Source of the DNA: Candidatus Methanomethylicia archaeon
GTDB lineage: Archaea; Thermoproteota; Methanomethylicia; CALHIW01
Assembly (NCBI GenBank): GCA_038845975.1
Contig: JAWBQF010000037.1
Coordinates: 333 to 24,047, forward strand
Direction: 5' to 3'
Length of the DNA: 23,715 bases
Below the pieces are notes generated by a model. That model did no database searches. It was not told the origin of the DNA and saw nothing but the letters and a program-made list of their open reading frames with translations. The position numbers and the translations under genes are program-made. Shown here one piece after another: positions 1 through 8,502 of the stretch (position 1 is the first letter of the stretch; each line of letters begins with the position of its first letter).

Positions 1-281
1 ATAAGGGAGAAGAAAATGGTTGGACTGTTACATTATGTGTTAAGAATACTGGCTCAGCTACTGCAACTATTGATCAGGTATTTTTTAACGGTAAGCCTGG
101 TAGTAAGGTAGAAGGAACTAATGATTTGATAACTAGTCTTTCTCCAGGAACATCGGTAACAGTAACACTTACAATCCCTAGTGATGAGCCTGTTATAATG
201 CCAGCATCTGGTATGACTCTTGAGGTTAAGCTTCATACAGCTGCAGGGCAGGAATACTATAAAGCAGTGGTTCTACCATAA
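1..281 (+). CDS. Archaeal type IV pilin paralog 1, 5'-truncated at window edge (C-terminal 92 aa)
   Basis: Manual translation from nt 3: KGEENGWTVTLCVKNTGSATATIDQVFFNG...TSLSPG...LEVKLHTAAGQEYYKAVVLP* (TAA 279-281). Motifs are nearly identical to the pilin at 5044..5466. Missing from the ORF track because the start lies outside the window. Confidence 0.93.
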   Translation, partial: KGEENGWTVTLCVKNTGSATATIDQVFFNGKPGSKVEGTNDLITSLSPGTSVTVTLTIPSDEPVIMPASGMTLEVKLHTAAGQEYYKAVVLP

Positions 282-1718
282 TCTACATTTTTTTATTATA
301 GTTATTGATGTTATTGTGGAGTATAGGAATATTGTTATTGTTAGGGTTAGGGAGGCTAAATATTCTAGTGGTAGTGTTTGTTTGTTGTTGATTATTGTTA
401 ATATGAAGAGCCATAGTGTTGGGAATGTAAGTGTTGATATTGTAGCTATTGGTGTTAAAGACATATATATTAGGTATGGAATGGCTAATAGTTTATGTAT
501 CCTTTCCATCTCTTCATTTTCTTGAAGTATTATGTTTGATGTTATTAGGGTTACTGGCGGTATAAGTATGGCGTCGTAGTATGGCCAATGCTTTATGAAG
601 AGGGTTAATGTTAAAATACTTGAGGAAAACCAAACTACATGTCTACTTAAACTTATCCTCCTCCTACTTAACGTTTTATATATGGTTACTATGTACGCTA
701 TTAAGGGGGAGATGAATGGTTGATTTGGTAGGTTTTGGCTTAAACCAAAATAGTAGAGGAAAGTCCAGGCTGTTGTTTCAGGATTTAGCCAAAATCTTCC
801 AGGATACCATGCTAATACTACCCCCTCCCACTTCATAGCTGTCCATTCTTCTCCTGGTGTTATATGATATTTTATGGTAAACCATATGTTATCTATACTC
901 CATAGCTGTGGATTTATAGAGATGCATAGAATTGCAGCTATAAATAGGATTACTACTGTTTTCTTAATATTTCTTGTTAGTAGGACTGTTAAGATGATTA
1001 GGATTGGTATTGCTGTATATTTACATGACATTGCTAAACCCTCAAACAAGCCTATAAGTACTATTTGTCTTAACCTCATCTTTCTAAGTAGTGTTAATAT
1101 TGATAGTGAGATGAATAGAATCATTGGTGTTTCAAGCCATGCAACAGTCCACCTTATTGAAAAGGGGTCTAACGTCATGAGGAGCCATGCTAGAAACCCT
1201 ATCCTCCCATCTTGTAGCAGCCCAATTCTAAATATGACTAAACATGTTAAAGCCGATATGAAACACATAAGTATTAATGCAGCATAATCGTAGTATGGCT
1301 CCATCCAGAACATAATGTAGGTTACTGCTCCAATCATTAGCTTTGCAAGGCTTGGATGCTCAATATTTACCTTAAAAACAGTTAAGTTGAAGCTAGATAA
1401 TCCTCTAATATATTCTCTACCTGCATCAATATATGTCCATGTATCGTAGGTATTCCATCTGAGCTTTACAGGAATATCTGATAGTATTAGCAATATTCTT
1501 ATGGATAGTGAAATAGTAAACAGTATTATTTGTCCTTTAGCAGTTGTTGAGTAGTTGATGATTGCATGAATATTCGACTTAAAATCTTTAAGTAGTTTCT
1601 CCATGTATGGATAGGCTAAATACAGGATTACACTTAATACTATAAGGTTAAACGCTAATACTCCGAGAAAATTATAATTAAATGTAAGATCTAAATGTGA
1701 AATAGCATAGATTCCCAC
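273..1718 (-). CDS. GT-C fold phospholipid-carrier-dependent glycosyltransferase (PMT/ArnT, GT39/GT83-like)
   Basis: Polytopic membrane protein. YDTWTY resembles the DE..Y loop, followed by EHPSLAKLMIG (the HPPL.K motif), WLETP and GLAMSCKYTA, typical of PMT/ArnT. The true start may be ATT at 1796 (see findings). Confidence 0.82.
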   Translation of the reverse strand: MGIYAISHLDLTFNYNFLGVLAFNLIVLSVILYLAYPYMEKLLKDFKSNIHAIINYSTTAKGQIILFTISLSIRILLILSDIPVKLRWNTYDTWTYIDAGREYIRGLSSFNLTVFKVNIEHPSLAKLMIGAVTYIMFWMEPYYDYAALILMCFISALTCLVIFRIGLLQDGRIGFLAWLLMTLDPFSIRWTVAWLETPMILFISLSILTLLRKMRLRQIVLIGLFEGLAMSCKYTAIPILIILTVLLTRNIKKTVVILFIAAILCISINPQLWSIDNIWFTIKYHITPGEEWTAMKWEGVVLAWYPGRFWLNPETTAWTFLYYFGLSQNLPNQPFISPLIAYIVTIYKTLSRRRISLSRHVVWFSSSILTLTLFIKHWPYYDAILIPPVTLITSNIILQENEEMERIHKLLAIPYLIYMSLTPIATISTLTFPTLWLFILTIINNKQTLPLEYLASLTLTITIFLYSTITSITIIKKCRLW

Positions 1719-1779
1719 TACAATAATTATTGTAAGTATAATTATTATGTTTATTGTTGTTTTTATGAGTTTTAATATT

Positions 1780-4293
1780 TTAATACTGGCTAGAATGTTT
1801 CCACCTCTTTAATCGGCATGTAATCAATACTACTATTAACGTTACAGTCCAAGATAGTCCAATTCTAATTAATGAGTTCTCATACTCATTGAAATGCATA
1901 GTCACCTCATTAGTATTCGGCTTAATACTTAGTGACATAACACCATTAAAATTGTTAATTTCAATATTCTCTCCATTTATGTTTACTGCTCTCCATCCTT
2001 TATGGTGTGGTTGACAAACTATTATTGTAGTATTAGACTTTGCTTTAACCTTAATTTTTAATGTGTTAAAATCTATCCATGAATAGTCCACATATGTATC
2101 ATTATCTAATGGAAATACGAATCCCTTAAAATATTTATTTCTGAAAATATCTAGTTTTTCATCACTATATACCTTTTCAAAGCTATTCGAATCTTCTAAA
2201 CGATGAATTAAAGTCTTCACTTTACCGTATATTTCCTCTATTAACTTTTCATCACCATATGCTACATATCTATCTATAAACTCTCTATCCTTATGTATGT
2301 ATACATATTTTACTCCATAATAGCCTAGCTTTAACGGTACATCTCCCTCATCATAGTAGATATCAATAGAATCTATGTATGCTTCAAACATCCCCATTAA
2401 ACTATATGCTTCAATACTAATATTTGTTAGCTGCCATATTCCTCTATCAATATAGCTTGACATGTTTCTAACTATATTGTTCCACTGATTGGCTTTTAAT
2501 ACATCCCCCTCATATATGTAGATCCTCTTAACCTCCCCAGTTACATTCTCTATAAGGGTTACCCCTATTCTTAGTGATGTATTAATCATTATTGAGGGAT
2601 TTACTGATATTGATATATACACATCTTTAGTAGCTACTGGATTCTCTTTAATGCTTTGACTTAGCTTAATATACTCCATACTTCTCGACGTATTCATACT
2701 TAGGTAGAGGCTAAACTCTCCATCCTTACTCTTCATATTTGTTCTTGTAGCTCTACTATTTCCCGATAGCTCTATATTCCAATTGGAACTATTAATTTCA
2801 TCTTCAAATCCACCATTACTAATATATGATGTACTATAAACCCTAACAAACCTATTGTATAGCTTGGTTTGATTATTTATCTGCTCATTATATACTGTGA
2901 ATAAAGTATTGGATGATAGTATTGACTTGTTGATGTATGCAGCTATGTAATGAGGTAAACTCCATACTGGTGGATATCCTACTACATTAAAGTCTTCCTG
3001 CTGATTTCTAATGTAGTTGAAGCTCTCCAACCCGTTAAATACTGGCTGTGTTGCCGGCTCAATCCCCCATGTTAAATCAATAAATACTATGAAGCTCAGT
3101 ATTACTGGTAGAATTCTTGATAAAGCATTACTTCGTCTTTTAAGGATTTTAGCTATATTGCTGCAGGCTATACCGGTACATGCCCCTATTGATAGTGATG
3201 CTAGTATTATTGAGCGTGATACTACACGTATACTTATAGCAAATGGTATAAGTGCTCTTACTACATGAGCTATACTTATGGGTGCGTAGTGAACTGATGA
3301 ATACCATAAAAAGAAGACACTTGATAGAAGGAAGAAAATAAAATTCCTTACGGATTTATCCATAGATCTTAGATTAACTTTTAAGAAATATGTTAGTGTA
3401 ATTGTTAAAGGAATAACTCCCATGTAATAGTAGTAAGGCTCTAAACCATATGCTCTATGTATTACACGCGTAAAATATGTATATGGAGGAGCTGCCCATA
3501 CACTTAAGACATCAATTCTAGAGGATTTATATATTGTAATGAAAGGTATAATTAATGGTGCTGTAATTAAAGCCCCAATTATCAATGACGATATAAATGC
3601 TAGAATAGCTTTTCTATCACTTTGCCCCATGTAGATAAGATATATTAACCGAAGCATCATAAACATTAATGTGAAGAACGTTATTTGAAGCTCTAATAAC
3701 ACTATAATTGATATAATTACTCCGAGAGCAATAATGTTTCTTCTAGATGGATTTAGAATCATTATTTCAAAAAACATCAATACTAGTGGTATAAATGCAG
3801 CTCCAAGTATTAAGTATAAATGTCCATTTAATATTTCATTAAGCCAGTAACAGCTAAAGGTGTAAATGGTGGCTGATAAGACTGCATATCCACCCTCTCT
3901 GTTAAATATTTGTTTAAAGTATAGGTATGATGTTGTACCGGCTAGAACTAGTGATAGGAATATTAAGGATTTAATGGTTGTAGTTATATTGCTGGTTAAG
4001 CTAAGGATTAGTGTGTAGAGAGCATCAACAATTTCAAATCCACCCTGATAAATAGTTACAGGAGTTCCTCCATATATTTTCGGATACCAGTATGTGCATA
4101 ATGGTATAATTCCATGTTTTAAAGCATCAACATAAGACTTGGAAATTATTGAATGAGTATAGAAATCTAAGTTAACATTTGATCCTGGAATCCCATCTGA
4201 AAAAATAATTTCCCTTAGGTATAGTAGAATTAATATGTAAATAGTTCCTAGCGATACTGTATGTGTAATTATGTTTTGCTTTAAATCCTTCAT
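1780..4293 (-). CDS. YfhO/PTPS-related GT-C membrane protein with an extracytoplasmic carbohydrate-binding-like (CBM4/9-like) insert
   Basis: About 12 TM segments and WYPKIYGGTP, YYMG and RVVSR motifs. The ISNGGFE...W beta domain resembles CBM4/9. The C-terminal IIVCQPHHKGWRA plus final TM resembles YfhO. Leaderless start, with TTTATATAT beginning 30 nt upstream. Confidence 0.78.
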   Translation of the reverse strand: MKDLKQNIITHTVSLGTIYILILLYLREIIFSDGIPGSNVNLDFYTHSIISKSYVDALKHGIIPLCTYWYPKIYGGTPVTIYQGGFEIVDALYTLILSLTSNITTTIKSLIFLSLVLAGTTSYLYFKQIFNREGGYAVLSATIYTFSCYWLNEILNGHLYLILGAAFIPLVLMFFEIMILNPSRRNIIALGVIISIIVLLELQITFFTLMFMMLRLIYLIYMGQSDRKAILAFISSLIIGALITAPLIIPFITIYKSSRIDVLSVWAAPPYTYFTRVIHRAYGLEPYYYYMGVIPLTITLTYFLKVNLRSMDKSVRNFIFFLLSSVFFLWYSSVHYAPISIAHVVRALIPFAISIRVVSRSIILASLSIGACTGIACSNIAKILKRRSNALSRILPVILSFIVFIDLTWGIEPATQPVFNGLESFNYIRNQQEDFNVVGYPPVWSLPHYIAAYINKSILSSNTLFTVYNEQINNQTKLYNRFVRVYSTSYISNGGFEDEINSSNWNIELSGNSRATRTNMKSKDGEFSLYLSMNTSRSMEYIKLSQSIKENPVATKDVYISISVNPSIMINTSLRIGVTLIENVTGEVKRIYIYEGDVLKANQWNNIVRNMSSYIDRGIWQLTNISIEAYSLMGMFEAYIDSIDIYYDEGDVPLKLGYYGVKYVYIHKDREFIDRYVAYGDEKLIEEIYGKVKTLIHRLEDSNSFEKVYSDEKLDIFRNKYFKGFVFPLDNDTYVDYSWIDFNTLKIKVKAKSNTTIIVCQPHHKGWRAVNINGENIEINNFNGVMSLSIKPNTNEVTMHFNEYENSLIRIGLSWTVTLIVVLITCRLKRWKHSSQY

Positions 4294-4314
4294 CTGTAAA
4301 TAGTATTTAAAGGC

Positions 4315-4346
4315 ATATATAAAGTTTAAATGGTAAGCTATATATA
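4315..4346. promoter_or_regulatory. Divergent TATA boxes for the GT-C operon (-) and the methyltransferase (+)
   Basis: Minus-strand TTTATATAT (4323-4315) begins 30 nt before ATG 4293. Plus-strand TATATATA (4339-4346) lies upstream of the SD AGGTG and TTG 4392. Confidence 0.6.
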
Positions 4347-4391
4347 GTCATATGGCCTACATTAGGTAATGCGGACACACTAGGTGTAATA

Positions 4392-5000
4392 TTGCTAAAT
4401 AAATATAAAGTTCCGCCAGACTGGTATGATAGAGCTATAATTAGCCATAATATTTTTCACCGCTTCTGGCATATTAAACGATTAAAAACATTAATTAGTC
4501 TTTTAAACGGATTTAATGGCTTAATTTTAGATGTTGGATGTGATGGCGGAACTTTATCCAGCATTATTAAGCAGGATAGCGTATGGATTGTAGGTATTGA
4601 TATCGATATGAATGCCATTAAGTACGCTACTATAAAGAGAAAGCATCATGCATGGATTCTTGCTGGCGCTCATTACCTACCATTCAAAAACAAATCCTTC
4701 AACATAGTGTTATGTATTGAAACTCTTGAACATTGCTATTCACCTAGAAGTGTTATAGAAGAAATTAAGAGAGTAACTAGAAGCGAAATCCTTATTTTAA
4801 TACCTAATTCTTCCTCACCAATATTTAAAATTATTTGGTATGTGTGGTTAAAACTTAAAGGAAGAGTTTGGATAGATTCCCACCTATATGAATTCAATGA
4901 TAGAACTATTAAAAAACTGTTTAATGATTGCGGATTAAAAGTTTTCCTTATGAAAAGAACTTTACTTGGTATGTTATTAGCTTACAAACTTAGAGAATAA
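4392..5000 (+). CDS. Class I SAM-dependent methyltransferase (Methyltransf_11-like)
   Basis: Motif I ILDVGCDGG, then VGIDID and LPFKNKSFNIVLCIETLEH. SD AGGTG precedes the TTG start. Confidence 0.92.
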   Translation: MLNKYKVPPDWYDRAIISHNIFHRFWHIKRLKTLISLLNGFNGLILDVGCDGGTLSSIIKQDSVWIVGIDIDMNAIKYATIKRKHHAWILAGAHYLPFKNKSFNIVLCIETLEHCYSPRSVIEEIKRVTRSEILILIPNSSSPIFKIIWYVWLKLKGRVWIDSHLYEFNDRTIKKLFNDCGLKVFLMKRTLLGMLLAYKLRE

Positions 5001-5043
5001 TTCATGAGGAATTGGGGAAACCACAATAAAAAATGGAGTTAGT

Positions 5044-5466
5044 TTATGGAACAACAACAGCCTTGTAGTATTCCTGTCCAGAGGCTGTGTGGATTTTAAC
5101 TTCAAGCGTAGCACCAGAAGCATGCGAAGAAGCACATGTAAATGTTTTTACTATAGATCCTCCAGGTGATAGAGACGTAGTTAGAGCAACTTTTGCGTTA
5201 GCATCGGGTACACCATTAATGAAGACCTCGTCAATAGTTGCAGTAGCTGAACCAGTATTCTTAACCTGAAGCACGATAATAGGTCTTCCACTAGTATCTT
5301 TTCCAGAACAGTATATGTATGATATTTCTAGTTTTTCATATCTTGTGAATAGTCCTGCTATTCCTACAACCCAGAATGCTACTGCTATTGCAATCGCTAT
5401 CGCTACCGCTACGATAATTATTGTTGCTATTACTGGGCTTATACCCCTCCTATTTAACCTCCTCAA
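5044..5466 (-). CDS. Archaeal type IV pilin paralog 2 (class III signal peptide)
   Basis: MRRLNRRG|ISPVIATIIIVAVAIAIAIAVAFW is a canonical basic leader, cleavage site and hydrophobic helix. Beta-rich C-terminal domain with VKNTG. SD GGTGA 6 nt before TTG. Confidence 0.95.
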   Translation of the reverse strand: MRRLNRRGISPVIATIIIVAVAIAIAIAVAFWVVGIAGLFTRYEKLEISYIYCSGKDTSGRPIIVLQVKNTGSATATIDEVFINGVPDANAKVALTTSLSPGGSIVKTFTCASSHASGATLEVKIHTASGQEYYKAVVVP

Positions 5467-5497
5467 ATTTACTCACCGAGATTGTTTACCAGTACAA

Positions 5498-5542
5498 TTA
5501 TATATAGTTGCCTAGTGAAATGGAGTGAAAGCTTAGTGAAGT
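5498..5542 (-). promoter_or_regulatory. Pilin 2 promoter: TATA box plus three tandem operator half-sites
   Basis: TATA at 5498-5506. TGAAAT (5516), TGAAAG (5526) and TGAAGT (5537) on the + strand at 10-11 bp period. Confidence 0.6.
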
Positions 5543-7058
5543 ATGTAATGGATTTAATTCGGAAGACAATTTAATATCTCATTATTCTCATATTTTCACT
5601 ATGACTTCTTGATTTCAGAACCGTTAGTCTTAATGTATTTAGTGGTTGTTATGTTCCTCTATGTTTAGGATGTTGCTGCCTTTATTTTAATATTGCTTAA
5701 TTGCTGCTATAAGCTTACAGATTGATTAGGTTTGTAGAAATTAGTTAGAGTCTATGTTGGCTATATGGTTATTTATTCTCACACTTAAAAGAACTATTTA
5801 ATGAATATTACCTATTCCCACTCTAACAATGTCATCACCTATTAGCCATAGTAGTAACGTATTATTAAGTATTTTAAATAATAGTAGGCTTTAGTAAGTG
5901 GTAACTTATCATCTTAATATGACGTATGGGTTGCTTTAGATTATGGGGATTAATAGGCATTATAGTAAAGAATTTAGTGGTTATAGTTAGCTTAATGCAG
6001 GAATTTGCTATATAGGTGGTGATGAATGCTTAAAATTAAGTTTTAAACTAGATAGTGATGTTCAATATTGGTATGGTGTTTAATATTATAATTACATAAT
6101 TTATGGCGTAAATTGTAGGGTTTCCATATTTATTATGTAGTGTTAGGGTTTTAGGTTAAGTATTGTTTGGAGTCTGTATGTGTAGGTTAGGTTTATTATA
6201 TGATTGTTGGGTGATTTGGAGCTTAATTTAGGGTTTTAAATAAATTGTTTATAAGATGGGGCTGGATATATATGAGGTGTGATAGGTAATTGTAGGTAGG
6301 AGTTGGAATATTGATATGGATAGGTGTTTGATAGGAATTGTATAATATTGTGGTTGTTATGGTGTTCATCTTATTACTGTATGTAGGATTTATTGTAGGT
6401 TAATGATTTAATATGTGTTACTAAGTGATGTTAAGCTAGTATTGTTGGAGAGTCTGTGTTTCTGGGATTTATTGATTAGTTAGGGGGTTTAGATTTTAAG
6501 GTTGTTGATATGTATTGTTGAAATAGATTTAGGTGGGTTCTAGAGTGGAGTATACTTGCATTATTTTATGTGGTTTTGGTGGGGTTCGATAAGTATTTTA
6601 AATTGGGGTTTAGACGGTGGCTGCTTAGTTTATAGTATTTTATGTGATGATGTTAGCTTAGGTGGTTTCATAGTTTTAGTTCTTTACTAGGTTTTAATAT
6701 CTCTTATTAAGGGTTCAACTTCTCTTGACGGCGTCTGTTTCCGTAGAGGTTTGGAGGTACTACGGTTCTCTATAAGTATCTCAACTTAACATTTCTGAAT
6801 TTTCAATAGTTGATGATGGCTTGTTTACTCTAACTCTCCAGTATGAGGCTTTACATGTATTAACTGATAGCTTATGGGATATATGGATATTATTATGGTG
6901 ACGGTTAGTATGATTAAAGAATTAATACTAGGTAAGTATGTTGTGAAGTTTATAGTAGGTGGAATATGTGTGTTATCTATGGAAGGATTATGAGATGTAG
7001 TGATGTATTGTTGGAGTATGACGTAGCATACTGTAAAGCTTAAAGTATAGTTTAAGTA

Positions 7059-7739
7059 TTAGGATTGTGGCTTAGCTATTTTCTCCTTCATTAAGTTTAT
7101 TATATCGCTTTTAATTGATGATAATTCACTTCTTAAGCTCCTAACATCCTCAACTAGTCCATCAACTCTCTTCTCTAATGAACCTATCCTTTCATTAACT
7201 CCTTTCTCTAATGAGTTTATTCTTTCATTTATTGCTTGTTCGAAGCTATTTATTCTTTCATTAACTCTTTTATCTAGCTCGTTTATTCTTATATTCATAG
7301 TATCTTTAAGATCATCTATTCTACTATTAACTCCCTTAACTACATCGTTTAAGCTATTTATCCTCTCATCTAATCCATTTATTCTACCATTTAGGCTTTC
7401 GCTTAATCCATTTATTCTATTATTCAAGCTTTCACTTAATCCATTTATTCTACCATTTAGGCTTTCGCTTAATCCATTTATTCTATTATTCAAGCTTTCA
7501 CTTAATCCATTTATTTTACTGTTTAATCCATTTATTCTACCGTTTATACTTTCACTTAACCCATCTATTCTATCGTTTGTTGCTTTAATCATGCTTATTA
7601 TTGACTTGTACATGTTGTCCATTAGTAGTAGTGTTATTTCGCTACTTGTAAGTTTCTTACCCTCACTAACCTTCTTAACAATTCTTTCAGCAGCCTCCTT
7701 TAAAACGGTTTCAACAATGCTGGTAACGACAATACTCAT
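7059..7739 (-). CDS. Repetitive coiled-coil protein (hendecad/heptad repeats; resembles crenarchaeal paREP-type coiled-coil proteins)
   Basis: INGLSESLNNR/INGLSESLNGR repeats. I moved the start from 7760 to ATG 7739 because a BRE+TATA (GAAAAA-TTTATTAA, TATA 7768-7761) begins 29 nt upstream, i.e. leaderless. Confidence 0.85.
   Translation of the reverse strand: MSIVVTSIVETVLKEAAERIVKKVSEGKKLTSSEITLLLMDNMYKSIISMIKATNDRIDGLSESINGRINGLNSKINGLSESLNNRINGLSESLNGRINGLSESLNNRINGLSESLNGRINGLDERINSLNDVVKGVNSRIDDLKDTMNIRINELDKRVNERINSFEQAINERINSLEKGVNERIGSLEKRVDGLVEDVRSLRSELSSIKSDIINLMKEKIAKPQS
7371..7556. repeat. Intragenic tandem repeat of 33-bp units with one 21-bp unit; includes a perfect 66-bp duplication
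   Basis: A=taatccatttattctaccatttaggctttcgct and B=taatccatttattctattattcaagctttcact are arranged ABAB (7371-7502), followed by a 21-bp unit (7503-7523) and a 33-bp variant (7524-7556). Confidence 0.95.
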
Positions 7740-8502
7740 AAGGTATATTTTAGTAGGCATTTAATAAATTTTTCAGTTTTGATTAGGATTGATCTTACTA
7801 GTAGTTTTAGATGGATGATGTATTATAGACTTTATTTTCATCATTTCTTCAGTAATCTTCGGCTGTTGAATTATTTATGTGTGAATATTTTAGCTGCTAA
7901 TTTACATTTATGTTGTTGAGGGTTTCTTAAGCTTAAGTTATGCTTATCTTGTATACTTAGTGTTCTAGAATGTTTAATTTAATGGCTTAGGTAATCTATG
8001 GTTTATGGACTTTATTTTCTGAATTTTTATTTTTCTGTAATTTGTTAGATATTATTTATCTTTCATAAAGTTGGGTTTAGGAGTTTGTTCCGGTATTTTA
8101 TTGGGGTTTGAATGTTATTGGTAGGTCTTAAACATATTGATGTTGGGATACGTTATGCTGATTAAATCAGGTTACTATGAGTGCTGGGTTAGGCTTGTTT
8201 ATCGTATTAGGGAGGTGATGTTCTTAGAGGTTATGTAATGGTTTTAGATATGTTGCTGTATATTATGGTTATGAGAGGCTGTAGAATTAGGCTTTTCAAG
8301 TTGTGGGTTTAATAATTTCTTTAGGAATTGTATAGCAATATATTGATGCTGTGAGAGAACGCTATTAAGATTGTTTGATAGCTTTAGGAGTATTTAAATC
8401 GTTATGGGTACTTCATCTACATTAAGTTACCGATTTGAAATTGGTGAGCTCGGCAGTTTGCTGATGCTGATCGAAAGGTTTTAATTCTGGAGGATCTTAT
8501 AA

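Noticed and set aside
54-1287. ORF-track entries 54..236 (-), 220..525 (+) and 874..1287 (+)
   Set aside because: Shadow ORFs antisense to, or overlapping, pilin 1 and the PMT-like gene, with no motifs.
5011-5033. Small GAAA-loop hairpin and A-tract between the convergent methyltransferase and pilin 2
   Set aside because: Compatible with termination, but the stem is weak and archaeal terminators cannot be called reliably from this alone.
6519-6532. TGAAAT-AG-ATTTAG, similar to the pilus operator
   Set aside because: Two mismatches, with no TATA at the 10-nt offset and no adjacent gene.
7773-7845. Minus-strand ATGATGA...CTGA as a C/D box sRNA (similar weak cases near 6019 and 10566)
   Set aside because: Spacing is too long or the D box is absent, and there are no internal D'/C' boxes.
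8429-8445. Imperfect palindrome ACCGATTT-G-AAATTGGT upstream of 8503
   Set aside because: Single occurrence with one mismatch, so insufficient to call an operator.
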